Origin: Candidatus Obscuribacteraceae bacterium
Lineage (GTDB): Bacteria; Cyanobacteriota; Vampirovibrionia; Obscuribacterales; Obscuribacteraceae
Direction: 5' to 3'
DNA: 64,000 nt
Assembly (NCBI GenBank): GCA_044226015.1
Contig: JBGAHS010000003.1
Location: 576,001 to 640,000, forward strand
Both the position numbers and the translations under genes were made by a program. Below, in pieces: positions 10,601 through 19,822 of this stretch; within the stretch, counting starts at the first letter, position 1; each line of letters starts with the position of its first letter. The notes under the pieces are model-generated. The model was given only the letters and a program-made list of their open reading frames with translations, was not told where the DNA came from and searched no databases.

Positions 10601-13600
10601 CTTACAGCCACTGGCGCTAATGCAGGATTATCAATTTTCCCAGGCACTGCCGGCAGAGGACTGACGCTTGCTGCCAATGGCGGTTTCGGCGGCACAGCCG
10701 CGGCTGCAGCGGGCGGTGGCGCTGGACTGACTGGCGGCGGTGCAGCAGGCAATTCTGGAAGCGGAGGCAAAGGTGGGTTAGGCGGCAGCATCACTTTGAC
10801 GGCGACCCTAGGGCAGATATCTACTGGTAACATCGGGGGCGCACCACCCAATTCAATAAGCGTCAATGGCGGTAACGGCGGCAACTCAGCAGGAGTAGCT
10901 GCAGCTGGCAACAGCAGCTCAGGAACGGCTGGCAAAGGCGGCAACGGAGGAGCAGGTGGTACTGGCGGTAACGCGGGCAGTATAACTATTACTGCGGCGC
11001 CTGACCCGAGTAATGTTTCAATCAATCTGGACGGCTCGCTGCAAGCATTGGGAGGCAGTGGCGGCTCCGGTGGTGCTGGTGGAGCCGGGGGCGGCATGGT
11101 CTCTGGACTCACCGCCACGTCTGGAGCTGGTGGCAATGGTGGTGCAGGCGGAAACGGCGGAGCTGCCGGCAAAATAACACTCACCGGACTCGGCGCCAAC
11201 AGCATAATTGATATCAACAATTCCATTACCGCCATTGGCGGTAATGGCGCCAACGGCAACAACGGCGGGTCAAGCCCCACCGGCGCAAACTCACAGAACG
11301 GTGGAAATGGCGGAGCCGGCGGATCTGCAGGTCTATCGGGCTTGCTTGTCATAAACAGCGCAGGAGCAATTAGAGAAAACATTGGAGGACCAACAATTCT
11401 TCTTTCCGGTTCTAGTGCCGGTAATGGTGGCGCAGGCGGAGCGTCTCTTCCAGCAACCTTTAAGGCTGGCAACGGCGGCAACGGAGGCAACGCTGGAAAG
11501 AGTTCAGCTGGTGCTTCTCTTACATTGAATTCACAGACAGTAATTCTAAGAAATTATGTTGCTGGCGGCGGTGCTGGGGCAGCTGGAGGCGCTGGCGGAG
11601 CGGGCAGTGACAGCTCTCAGCAGATAGGTGGCAAAGGCGGAAGCGCCGGACTGAGCGCAGCCGGCGGTAGTGCAGGAAACCTGACTATCACCGCGCAAAC
11701 ATTCACTCAAGGAACAGGCTCTGCCATAAGTCTGCCTGGAGGAAATGGCGGCAGCGGCTCAATTGGCGGCTCCGGAGGCGATGGCTCAATAGGCGGCGCA
11801 GCAGGCACTTCCTCAGCTTCATCAGCTGGCGGCTCAGGCGGCAACGTGACTATAAGCACAAGCAACGGCAGCTTCTTGCAAGACATATTCAGTGTTGGGG
11901 GTGGCGGCGGCTCCGGTGCAAACGGAGCAGACGGCGGCAAGGTCATCGGAGCTTTTGTTAACAGTTCGAACAATGGTGCTGCCGGACAAAATGCAAGCTC
12001 AGGTTCCAGCGGCGGCAAAGCAGGCAACATCACCATCACCGACACATCCACAAAAGGAATCACCTACACAACAACCGCTTTCACCCTCGTCGCAGTTGGA
12101 GGACCAGGAGGAGTTGCTCGCAGTGGGGGTCAGGGTGGATCGGCCGGCAATGGTGGCATTGGCGGGCTAGGAGGAAATTCTTCGTCAGACGGGGCTGGAG
12201 TCGCTGGCGGGATAATCACCCTGACAGCAAACTCCGGCAACATACTCAATAGCAAAACCGGCGAAATTGACGCAATCGGAAGCAACACCGGAGGCGGAAC
12301 TTCAATAGGCGGCTCTGGCGGCTCTGGACTCAAAGGCGGCAACGGTGGAGCCGCCGCCACCTTATCACAAGCAGGAAGTGGCGGAAAAGTAATTTTGAGC
12401 GCGCTTGGATTCAACACAGGCACCGATGGCGTAGGAAAAGTCAACGTCAATGGCGGAATTGCAAATCCCGTAAATTCCAAGGGTGGCAGCGGCGGAAACG
12501 GCATCGGAAACGTTGGAATAGGAGCTAATGGCGCTTCCGGCTCTGACGCCGGAAAAGGCGGAGACGGTGGAAGCATAAGCATTACAGCGGGCGCCGCGGG
12601 CACCTCCGCTATAGTCTTTAACGCCAATCTTTCCGCAGATGGTGGTGTCGGGGGCAACCTCAACGCCGGTTCTGGAGGAGGAAACGGTGGAGATGGCGCA
12701 ACTACCGGTAATGGCGGAAACGCTGGCAATAGTGGAGCTGGTGGTAAAGGCGGTCTAATAACAATAAATACTAATGCCTTTGGCAGCAGTCAACAAAACA
12801 GCCCAACCATAAGCGCCAACGGAGGCAATGGAGGAGCCATGATAAGCTCGAATGGCGGAAATGGGGGCAATTCAACTCTAGGCAAAGGAGGAAAGGGTGG
12901 CAATGCTGGAGTGGCTGGAGCTGGTGGCGCTGGCGGACAGCTGCTGGTAAATGGCGCTGGCTCAGGCGCCATAGTACTCACCAATCTAAGAGCTGACGGA
13001 GGCAATACGCTGTCGTCTGCCGGAATAGGCGGTGCGGGCGGAAACGGACTGACCCCGGGTCTGGCCGGGGTGGCACCAGCTGCTGGAATTGGCGGAAAAG
13101 GCGGCACAATCACCTTCGGATCAGCAAGCTCAAGCAACTCAGTTACTGTTGCACTTCTCAGCGCCCAAGGCGGTGACAGCGCAAGCTCATCAAGCCAGGG
13201 CGGTTTAACACCTTCTACGATTTCGACAACTGCCGCCAGCGGCGGTGCTGGTGGCGCTGGCGGTGCAGGCGGAGACGCAGGCTCTATTAGCGTTCTCGGA
13301 TCAGGTGCCGTAAATATCGCTAGCGTAACTCTTTCAGGCGGAAACGGAGGAGGAGGAAGCGATGGAGCAGACGGAAGTCCGGCAGCAGGAGTCATTAACT
13401 CCGGGGGAGACGGCGGCAGCGGAGGTGCTGGCGGAGCACCCGGAAACAACGGAACCTTGACCGTGAGCGGCTCAACAGTCCAGATTGGATCGTTCCTGGC
13501 GCTGAGCAACGCAGGCGCCGGCGGTGTTGGTGGCGCAGGTGGTGATGGAGGAGGCGGTGGTAACAGCGGAAACGGTGGAAAGGGTGGAGATGCAGGTTCT

Positions 13601-15502
13601 ACTCAAAATGTGAAAGCCGCTACTCTCAACATAAGCGCCACTGGAACTATCACTCTGGTGGGGAACACAACTGCACGCGGCGCAGGTGGTGCATCGGGTG
13701 GTAACGGCGGCAAGGGCGGGGCTACGCCCGCAGGCACATCCGTTCTCAATGCAGGAAATGGTGGCGATGGCGGCAACGGATCCCCTAGTGGAGCCGGTGG
13801 CTCTATAACTCTGAACGGTCAGGGGGTCACCGTCACCGGCAATGTGGATGCTACCGGTGGACTTGCCGGTGCCGGTGGGCCAGGGGGTGCAGCAGGCAAT
13901 ATAGGTGCCGGCGGTACTAACAACACAGGCGGCAGCGGCGGTACCGGTGGAAAGAGCGGCGATGGAGGCGCCGGAGGCAGCCTGATTATCACCAGCAAGG
14001 GAAACATCACCCTAAACGGCACTGTTAGCTTAGACGGCGGAGCTGGCGGAGCAAGCGGAAGCGCGTCTGGCTCAGGCTCAAACGGCACTGGGAAAGGAGG
14101 AAACGGAGGTTCGGGAATCTCAGGCGGAAACGGCGGAAAGGGCGGAATTATAAGCTTGTCAGCGACGGGAACTATCAGCAGTTCCGGCTCAGACATCTCC
14201 GCCTCAGGAGGCGCAGGAAATGCAGGTAATGCAGGCGGAAAAGGCGGACAATCAAATCCCAATTCTGCAGGCAGCGGTGGAATCGCAGGCAATGGTGGCA
14301 ACGGTGGCGCAGGCGGCACCATTACAGTTACAGGAACAGTGAACAGTGGTGGAGACTGGAATGCTAGAGGAGGTGCTGGTGGCAAAGGCGGCAATGGTGG
14401 CGATGCCGGGACTACCAATACAGGAACAGCTGGAAACGGAGCAAGTGGAGGATTAGCAGGTAGCGGTGGTAACGGCGGCACTATCACCTTTAACTCAACC
14501 GCTAATTTCGGTGCCAACAACGCGAATGCAAGCGGAGGCGCAGCTGGTTCAAGCGGAGGCGCAGGTGGCGATGGTGGAAATGCCGGAGCAACAGGTGTCA
14601 ATGGTAATGCCGGTGACGGTGGCGATGGCGGCAGTGGTGGAAACGGCGGCATTATAAACAACAAAATCGGTAGTACCGGCAACTTCATTGTTACTGGAGC
14701 AGGCTTTGGAACAGGTGGCTTGCCTGGTGTACCCGGCACAGGTGGCACGGGCGGGACTACCGGCATTTCAGGTAGCAATGGATCTGCAGGAAGCAATGGA
14801 ACGCTCAATACGACCTTTGAAGACTCGGGTGCTGAAGCCGATCTCTTCTCAAGAAAACGGAAACGCGTACAGATCGCTAAACATGCTGACTCTCTAAAGC
14901 CTGTTGCTTACGTACAGAACGCAATATTCCTTACAGAAAAGTCTCTTCCAGCAGAAAACATTCTGGTTGGACACGCCGACAAAGACGCAGTCGTCAAATG
15001 CTCAAACATAACAGTTCGGGTTAAGCGAGGCAGCCTTGCTTATGTCATCAACGATGGCAAATCTGTAACCGTCCTGGCGCTGGATGACCGCAAGAGTGGG
15101 GATGTCCAGGTGAGCGTAGCCTCTCATTTGATCAGACTGAAAACGGGAGAACTCATCTCGCTGCAAACAAGAGAATCCGAAAGTGAACAATCGCGCTGGG
15201 CTCATGAATACATGGCTGTAAGAAACGCTTCCAGCGTGAAGCTCAGTAATGGCAGCATTGCTGTGATTTCCGACTTTTCCATACCATACGCCATATCGCA
15301 ATTCGGAATACTTCAGCAGCTCAAGAGCTCCAAAGATGGCTTCACAAGGGAGGCTTACACAAGACTTCTAAAGAATGCCTGCATTCTTCAAGCCCTCACT
15401 GCTTCTCGAGGTAGATATGTGATTCAACAGGTGCGCCCACAGGCAGCCAGAGAAAACAACAGTCCACGCCGTTCCGAAAGAGTCGCCATGCTCCCACAAT
15501 AG
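4667..15502 (+). CDS. Giant secreted glycine-rich repeat protein (3611 aa; beta-helix/adhesin-like N-terminus, GGX-rich core, globular C-terminal domain)
   Basis: 10.8 kb open frame, GGAGG RBS, signal peptide ending PVAAA, dozens of GGxGGxGGxI(T/S)(I/L) units, non-repetitive ~225-aa C-terminus. Confidence 0.92.
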   Translation: MRAKTLRQSKSSFTLTALTIALAHTVPVAAAERPGASAPLPNLNLLSQNRNVKAPDTMNAPVSIIEGGHNVTVTPGMLLTPAQAVAVSQILSGGTQTLNLSTLGTAVSGSALIQAQNYSSLVVPKGVTLIGDVSSGNNISVAGQLSNSGTIYAFSNNATVPGAVLAAMNISNSGGALISTVLPSGGLSGANNAISGLNLTLMSAGLSNHGVISSAGNLNLVGTNASYTINNTGGTMQAASAINISSLASAANIAVLGGNWFSPVMNANAYGGNIDVNVNQLTGLLNISAANAHVMAQTENLNLGNMNITDDPTFFNLNNITFTGDVNTINEALTIIAGGNINLGTFKFNTNQNGTAATGFPITIVAGANIVPPLASPDSSVGPITSGVVKVTPSALSGGGSASGGNITCTTCAISSASTGSIAGGKILLAAYSGGSNAGSINLGTGSIDSSSVNGAAGDITIIAPGGITLGGSLNATGSGSPKISISSANPTGTLQAAVNGAVSGTLTNKSLANSPISTNFSSFTAPSGIVTYTAGTAKISLSGLMTISGLLGTGKAGGSLTVTNTNSAIELGSAQNLSLNASGGSGSTGAVGKAGGVGGAGGNISFNAINGTVTNSGGFTNFIAAVGASGGTGGSNANGAPGGAGGAGGKGGSITITASDINLTVGGASSSFNVGGGSGNFGGTGGTGTVTGSKGNTGGTGGAGGIGGAAGVITLKNTSTGAGTFNVPVLLADGGLGGIGGAAGVGGFASNPGNNGTSGAGGSGGIGGTITLSTEKTSTTAIKLEGNISAQGGVGSFVALSSPGITGNNGGAGTSAGKSGSGGAGGKINITGNNKISLATVVLDSTGGAGGTAGAGGTGGSGITGIGGTGGNGGQGGNGGTGGSIIISSTGGDIAPLAANDFTILSNGGSAGSALTAFGGTGAPGLLGGGAGGKGGSAGNSGAGGSITISSSANISLGQTNSSIVSAVGGPLASQNGLGGSGGIANTGNGGSGAAAGSATLTSGNGGAGGKISVTGLTIVSNATLSSQGALGSTGAIGGAGAPGTGAGSKGGSGGAGGSGGAGGAGGSISMTGKSTTVAITINGTINASGGFGGFGLSGGNAAQGVLSDGNGGNAGSGGAGGKGGTVNLSSPFGITLNAAITAAGAIGAPATGAGGNGTAFSTNGGKGGNGGAGGNGGAGGSITISTGIFTASSANSASLDAFGGSASQGGGGGLGGSSAGAGSAGAGGDGGKGGSGGAGGKVTVTTTGASMTLANINVNGGIGAQGGFGAIGGTAIAVAGLNGGNGGQAGSGGAGGSGGLITLNGNSSVTLITLAGNAANAQYLAAGATGGVTAPGGTGGSGNQIAGAGGNGSNSGNGGNGGKIIISGADLRYSNSSKTITLNASGGFSGFGIVGGGTGGSSNSLVGGKGGNSGNAGNGGNAGSVSINVLSSSGQIAPVGSANLQIIADGGSSVGLTLSGGNGGSGKGGGLGGNGGNIGIQGAGGSITLTAPAGINTGNNNATPNPLSAGGGGSVVVTFAGFGGAGGLDNNTVGGTSSGGNGGNGGKGSTGGKGGTVTLNSTKGALIIGGSIIVDGGRGGNGGAGNSSGDSNNSKSGNGGAGGAGGAGALAGNISLTAGGLVTINQSLFANGGAGGSAGAGGLSVAGGTIGGNGGNAGTSASGGSGGKVTIKASAAVSYLNNDISIFADGGDGGSAANGGDGATALTGGNGGLSSNAGAGGSGGSIVINALSLDASLSTSATNPLLSATGGNGALGGSGGDAGAGLGGNAGKSSNGSSGGAGGGGGLISINTSATTGTGIVLNHAGAAASADASGGTGGFGGTGGLAFGSVSAAGANGGNGGNSGSGGKGGTVNLISKANIVFHDVLATGGNSNTAASGAVAQLAPFSAFNSATIASKGGAGGAGGIGGIGGSITISGLTLAYQRDVAGATTVNASGGKGGNSGAGGTGGSSLLGVGGIGGNSGSGGAAGNGGKVALTATGANAGLSIFPGTAGRGLTLAANGGFGGTAAAAAGGGAGLTGGGAAGNSGSGGKGGLGGSITLTATLGQISTGNIGGAPPNSISVNGGNGGNSAGVAAAGNSSSGTAGKGGNGGAGGTGGNAGSITITAAPDPSNVSINLDGSLQALGGSGGSGGAGGAGGGMVSGLTATSGAGGNGGAGGNGGAAGKITLTGLGANSIIDINNSITAIGGNGANGNNGGSSPTGANSQNGGNGGAGGSAGLSGLLVINSAGAIRENIGGPTILLSGSSAGNGGAGGASLPATFKAGNGGNGGNAGKSSAGASLTLNSQTVILRNYVAGGGAGAAGGAGGAGSDSSQQIGGKGGSAGLSAAGGSAGNLTITAQTFTQGTGSAISLPGGNGGSGSIGGSGGDGSIGGAAGTSSASSAGGSGGNVTISTSNGSFLQDIFSVGGGGGSGANGADGGKVIGAFVNSSNNGAAGQNASSGSSGGKAGNITITDTSTKGITYTTTAFTLVAVGGPGGVARSGGQGGSAGNGGIGGLGGNSSSDGAGVAGGIITLTANSGNILNSKTGEIDAIGSNTGGGTSIGGSGGSGLKGGNGGAAATLSQAGSGGKVILSALGFNTGTDGVGKVNVNGGIANPVNSKGGSGGNGIGNVGIGANGASGSDAGKGGDGGSISITAGAAGTSAIVFNANLSADGGVGGNLNAGSGGGNGGDGATTGNGGNAGNSGAGGKGGLITINTNAFGSSQQNSPTISANGGNGGAMISSNGGNGGNSTLGKGGKGGNAGVAGAGGAGGQLLVNGAGSGAIVLTNLRADGGNTLSSAGIGGAGGNGLTPGLAGVAPAAGIGGKGGTITFGSASSSNSVTVALLSAQGGDSASSSSQGGLTPSTISTTAASGGAGGAGGAGGDAGSISVLGSGAVNIASVTLSGGNGGGGSDGADGSPAAGVINSGGDGGSGGAGGAPGNNGTLTVSGSTVQIGSFLALSNAGAGGVGGAGGDGGGGGNSGNGGKGGDAGSTQNVKAATLNISATGTITLVGNTTARGAGGASGGNGGKGGATPAGTSVLNAGNGGDGGNGSPSGAGGSITLNGQGVTVTGNVDATGGLAGAGGPGGAAGNIGAGGTNNTGGSGGTGGKSGDGGAGGSLIITSKGNITLNGTVSLDGGAGGASGSASGSGSNGTGKGGNGGSGISGGNGGKGGIISLSATGTISSSGSDISASGGAGNAGNAGGKGGQSNPNSAGSGGIAGNGGNGGAGGTITVTGTVNSGGDWNARGGAGGKGGNGGDAGTTNTGTAGNGASGGLAGSGGNGGTITFNSTANFGANNANASGGAAGSSGGAGGDGGNAGATGVNGNAGDGGDGGSGGNGGIINNKIGSTGNFIVTGAGFGTGGLPGVPGTGGTGGTTGISGSNGSAGSNGTLNTTFEDSGAEADLFSRKRKRVQIAKHADSLKPVAYVQNAIFLTEKSLPAENILVGHADKDAVVKCSNITVRVKRGSLAYVINDGKSVTVLALDDRKSGDVQVSVASHLIRLKTGELISLQTRESESEQSRWAHEYMAVRNASSVKLSNGSIAVISDFSIPYAISQFGILQQLKSSKDGFTREAYTRLLKNACILQALTASRGRYVIQQVRPQAARENNSPRRSERVAMLPQ

Positions 15503-15646
15503 CTGGTGACGCAGATCCTTCGATGCCACCAGGATGGCGGCGTCAACAGACAGGGACTTACAGGCAGTCCCACAAATTTGAATCGCCGCGTGACTTCCTA
15601 ATTTGGATTTTGCCGCAGTACTCTATTGGGGCAGTGGGGAGTAGAA

Positions 15647-18600
15647 ATGAAAGAGCCAGTACGTCCATCTGGGATACCCGCAGATGCAGAGTGGAATTCG
15701 AAGGAAAAAGAATGGCAACTGGGTGAAAAAAGCCCAAAAAAAACAAAGCATCCCATCGGAATGTGGCAGTACTGGCGCAGCGACGGTTCACTTTGTAGCA
15801 TTGCTCATTTTGATAGGGATGGAAGATTAGACGGCACGCTAGAGAGATTCCACGAAGACGGCAGTCTGGCTTTCTCTGGCGTCTACAAAGCGGGAAGCAG
15901 GGCTGGCAAGTTCACGTACATCCAGAGCAAGAATCCCAGCTCTGAATATTATCCAGCAGACGAAAACACATGGCGCTATGAATTCCAGAGCTCGAATAAT
16001 TGGTCTGAAAGCGGTCTTCGCTGGTTTCTTGAAGATGGCAGGGAATGCACTTCTCGAGGCAAAGCAGTGGAAGAAGCATACGATCTCGATGAAGCATTCG
16101 CTTCTTTTGAGCCGGAAAATTTCATCACTAAGCACGGAAAAGAAGTCAAAACAGCTCTGGAGATTGAAGATTATCCTGACGCTAGCATCAGACAGATTGA
16201 GAATCTCTGGGGTTCTCAAACAGAAGACTTACAGCTCTTTCTCACTTGCCTGAAAGACACCCATTCCTTTGAGAAGCGCGATTCAATCCGAGAATTCGAG
16301 CCAGACAAAAATGTCTGGAGAGAGCTTATTTCACATCCAAGAGAAAATTGGCACGAAGAGTTAGCGTCCTTCTTTATGGGAGCCATCAAAATCGGCAATT
16401 TCGGTGACTCCGACGGCATCTACGCGACTCTCTTTTGCGATCGCCTGGAAAAACCAAAAGCAAATTGCATTTATCACTGGTCGCATGAAACCTATTATGT
16501 GGACAATGTCATAGCCGCCAGCAGAGACGACTTTGCCTATAGAACTGCGCTATCTCTGGCCTGCGAAGAAGAGCGATTATCGCCAGAGCAGGCGAAGAAA
16601 TCCTGGGCTAAATTGCGCGGAAAGATGGATGTCGACTGGGCAGCCGCAGCGGGACTCGAGGCAGCAATCGAAAGCGAAGATGAATCAGAAAACGAGTTAG
16701 ACGATGAGCCAGATGATGAGCTGGAAGACAGCTCTGAAGATTCAAGCTTCAGCAGAGATGACTTTGACGCAGATCTGGATCCAAAGAATTCCATAAGGCG
16801 CTTCTTCTGGCGTTCGCAATGGATCATCTACCTCTTAGCCGATGATGAGAATCGAAGATTGCAGAGCATGGAAGAGGTCTTTAGAAAAGACTTTAACCTT
16901 GCAATTGACGAAGAAAAGCACAAAAAAATGCTTAGCAATGCAGCCAATCTTCCACTAACTGGGATTTACCTTATCTGGCGCTACTTCTGGTTCAAGCAGA
17001 AAGACCGCCTGGCAGAAACTTGCGCCGCCCTGGAAAACCATTGGACCCGGGTTGTAAGAGATCTGGTTGCGCTCATGCAAGAAATAGAAAACGGCAGCAG
17101 CAGCTTCTACGGCATAGAGGATATCCTGAAAGTACGAGATGAGTTTCTAAAACTCGACCTCTGCCCAGAAAGAGAAAGTGAGCGCTCAATAGAACAGGCA
17201 GCAAGCCTGGCTAAGAATGAAGAGAAACGACAGGCAGTGTCGAAGAAGGCTCAAGATGCAATCGCTAAGGACAAAGAGAGTCTATTAGAGCTTGCCTGGC
17301 AAAACATTGAAGACTCAAATTCAATAGATGAGATAGAAAAGTCCGCGCGAAGTCTCGGAGATCCCCTCTGCTGGAAAGCGCTTGATTGGCTAGACTCCAG
17401 AGGTTTCGAAAGAGACAACGCTGACATGAAAGATGAAGCCATCAATCTAGCCGAAGAGCTAAGCAAAATGCCAGATGCCGACTTACTTCAACCCTTCGCC
17501 TGGTCGAGAATAAACGAACGCTATCCTGTAGCAGAAATATTCTTTCAGGGATTCATGCGAAACCGAGAAACGCTGGACAAGCGCCTGATACCAGCGCTCG
17601 TCAAGACTGTCCAGAGCGCTGACGAATACAAGTTTCGCAACGACCTGGCGCTGCGCATTCTTAATTCCATGGACGCTTGCGAATGCGCAGACACATGTTC
17701 AAAAGCACTCAATGATTTTGCCGACTCACTAGATGGCGCCAGCTCCTCCGACCTCAGAACAAGAATGATCCCATGGGAAGAGTTCCTCATTTCGATTGCT
17801 AATTGCATTGAAGCTCAGGCGGCAGAACTCCCTGAAGAACAGAAAATGCAGCTGAAGAATATAATCAATCAAATCATCCAAATATGCTATGACGCTTATT
17901 CCGTAAACGTAGCGGCAGCCTTTGCCCATGCGCTTCTAGCCATCGGCGTCAAAAACGTACTGCATCATGTGCCTAAACTCATCAACAGCGGAGATGACAG
18001 GGAAAAGGTAAGTGCAATTGAACTTGTGGAAAAGTGTTTTCCGGCCTTAAGCAAGCCTGCCCAAAAGGAATTTCTTTTGGGATTCTACAATCCAGATACC
18101 GATGATTGCACTATTTCAATGGTCTATCAAAGAACACTGCATAACATCAAAGAGCAAAACCCTGATCTTGAGATTACAGACCTTCAACCCATCCAGCACT
18201 TGCTCGACTCAATGGATGTATATTCTTACGGCACCGAGGGATGGCAACTCTGGAGAACGAGCCTGTGTAAGACAGTACAAAATCGTCCTGAACTGTCGCT
18301 CGATCTCATAAGAGATTTCCTTGAATCTCCATCTTATGAACTGAGGAGTGCAGCAGAGTGCGCATTTAGGACTAGAGGGTTAGAGCCAGTCGACACCCAT
18401 GTTTGCACATGGATGGATGTGTGGAAGAGCTTGAGCGAAGACTCAATCGAAAAGTCAAATCAAACACTGGGAGAATTGCTATGTGCTGATTCGTCTCGAG
18501 AACGCTCATGCATAGCAGGCTGGTTCTGGTCAAACCCGAGCCAACAAAACACAGATGCGATATGCAAGGCGCTTGAAAAACGTATTGCAAACTACGAAGT

Positions 18601-18925
18601 TCCAGGAGCAGGAGAATACATCGACAATGAACTTGATTGGATGCTGCGCGCGCTTGTGAAACACGCTGAATATAAACCCGCAGAAGAGCTGCTCAAGCGA
18701 ATTTTTGATATGCACGACAGAGACCTGAATGCATGCCTGTTGAAAGACATTGACTCATTTCCAACAGCTTTTGCAAAAGAACTCTTGCAGATAGCTGGAT
18801 CTGACGACGGGTGGCAGCGCTCCTACGTCGCGAAATGGGCGCTTGCACACAAAGATGAATTACAAATCCAGGAAGCAATAAAGGCGTCAAAGCTCACCGA
18901 AAAGAAGCTTCAGAAGTGGAGTTAG
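15647..18925 (+). CDS. Large hypothetical protein: MORN-variant (YwqK-like) repeats, SUKH/SMI1-like segment, acidic linker, helical-repeat C-terminus
   Basis: GMWQYWRSDGSL and GTLERFHEDGSL repeats; IKIGNFGDSD...IYHWSHET...IAASRDDF segment; ATG 15647 after GGGGAG. Confidence 0.8.
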   Translation: MKEPVRPSGIPADAEWNSKEKEWQLGEKSPKKTKHPIGMWQYWRSDGSLCSIAHFDRDGRLDGTLERFHEDGSLAFSGVYKAGSRAGKFTYIQSKNPSSEYYPADENTWRYEFQSSNNWSESGLRWFLEDGRECTSRGKAVEEAYDLDEAFASFEPENFITKHGKEVKTALEIEDYPDASIRQIENLWGSQTEDLQLFLTCLKDTHSFEKRDSIREFEPDKNVWRELISHPRENWHEELASFFMGAIKIGNFGDSDGIYATLFCDRLEKPKANCIYHWSHETYYVDNVIAASRDDFAYRTALSLACEEERLSPEQAKKSWAKLRGKMDVDWAAAAGLEAAIESEDESENELDDEPDDELEDSSEDSSFSRDDFDADLDPKNSIRRFFWRSQWIIYLLADDENRRLQSMEEVFRKDFNLAIDEEKHKKMLSNAANLPLTGIYLIWRYFWFKQKDRLAETCAALENHWTRVVRDLVALMQEIENGSSSFYGIEDILKVRDEFLKLDLCPERESERSIEQAASLAKNEEKRQAVSKKAQDAIAKDKESLLELAWQNIEDSNSIDEIEKSARSLGDPLCWKALDWLDSRGFERDNADMKDEAINLAEELSKMPDADLLQPFAWSRINERYPVAEIFFQGFMRNRETLDKRLIPALVKTVQSADEYKFRNDLALRILNSMDACECADTCSKALNDFADSLDGASSSDLRTRMIPWEEFLISIANCIEAQAAELPEEQKMQLKNIINQIIQICYDAYSVNVAAAFAHALLAIGVKNVLHHVPKLINSGDDREKVSAIELVEKCFPALSKPAQKEFLLGFYNPDTDDCTISMVYQRTLHNIKEQNPDLEITDLQPIQHLLDSMDVYSYGTEGWQLWRTSLCKTVQNRPELSLDLIRDFLESPSYELRSAAECAFRTRGLEPVDTHVCTWMDVWKSLSEDSIEKSNQTLGELLCADSSRERSCIAGWFWSNPSQQNTDAICKALEKRIANYEVPGAGEYIDNELDWMLRALVKHAEYKPAEELLKRIFDMHDRDLNACLLKDIDSFPTAFAKELLQIAGSDDGWQRSYVAKWALAHKDELQIQEAIKASKLTEKKLQKWS

Positions 18926-18934
18926 CTCGCAAGA

Positions 18935-19822
18935 CTACGCTTCAAGCAAAGTTGAGGACCCAGCTTCCGTCGGACGAAACCAACTAGCAAGCTTCGCAGC
19001 GAGCCGTTTCAGCGGGTTAGAATATGCCTTATATTTCACGAATGCATCACGTAATATTCGGCGATGATCCGCCGCTAGCTGCATTCTCAGAGCATCAGCA
19101 AACGGAGATAAGATTACTTGAGCAGCATCATCACCAGCATTCAGTTCCTGAATATCAATAAATGGGAGAATAACAAGATAGCTGTGGTCAATCACTTGCC
19201 CTCTGTTATCGCGCTCTAGCTCAGACCGAACCGCAACCAAACTTAGCTGAGCGGGAGAGACGCTTAAGCCAGTTTCTTCTTTCAGCTCTCTGCATGCGCA
19301 TTCTTCCAAGGTTTCCATCAGAGGACGAAGAAAACCACCCGGAATTGCAAACATTCCTTTGAATGGCTCCGCGGCACGTTTGACCAGAAGAACTCTAGCA
19401 TCACTTTCACTCACAACAATCACGGATGCGGAGACTTCTGCCTTTGCATAGGGATAGAGAAACTGATTGCTTGAACGCAATAATGCAAGCGCGCCTTCGA
19501 TTCTAAGAAACTGATAGTTTTGTGATTCCAAACGGTCGAGTATTGCTTCCTGCGAAAGACGGGGATCTCTTGATTCAAAAGCATCCACGACAATCACTGC
19601 CCGGCGCCCAGCACGACGAATCTTCGCACAAGCGTCAAAAATTTCAGTACCGTTTGAAACACCTGCGACCAGCGTAATCTTTTCAGCAAGACTGGTTTCA
19701 TTTGCTGCTTGTTCAAGCTTGCTCAGCGCGTGAGACAGAGCAAAAGCATCATGGTCCGTCGAATCACCCAGGACACAAAGCTGAACCGGGGAAACCGCTG
19801 AATCGATCTTCGAATCAATCAT
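18935..19822 (-). CDS. NUDIX hydrolase with an extra N-terminal domain
   Basis: Nudix box PGGFLRPLMETLEECACRELKEETGL, followed by RDNRG, AGDDA and LAADH as in ADP-ribose pyrophosphatase/NrtR-type Nudix proteins. Confidence 0.9.
   Translation of the reverse strand: MIDSKIDSAVSPVQLCVLGDSTDHDAFALSHALSKLEQAANETSLAEKITLVAGVSNGTEIFDACAKIRRAGRRAVIVVDAFESRDPRLSQEAILDRLESQNYQFLRIEGALALLRSSNQFLYPYAKAEVSASVIVVSESDARVLLVKRAAEPFKGMFAIPGGFLRPLMETLEECACRELKEETGLSVSPAQLSLVAVRSELERDNRGQVIDHSYLVILPFIDIQELNAGDDAAQVILSPFADALRMQLAADHRRILRDAFVKYKAYSNPLKRLAAKLASWFRPTEAGSSTLLEA

Noticed and set aside
6262..14808. Many Pro-rich minus-strand ORFs
   Set aside because: Reverse complement of the Gly codons of the giant protein.
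4667..15502. PE_PGRS, collagen or RTX assignment
   Set aside because: No PE domain, no continuous Gly-X-Y with Pro, and no GGxGxDxL nonapeptides; only compositional similarity.
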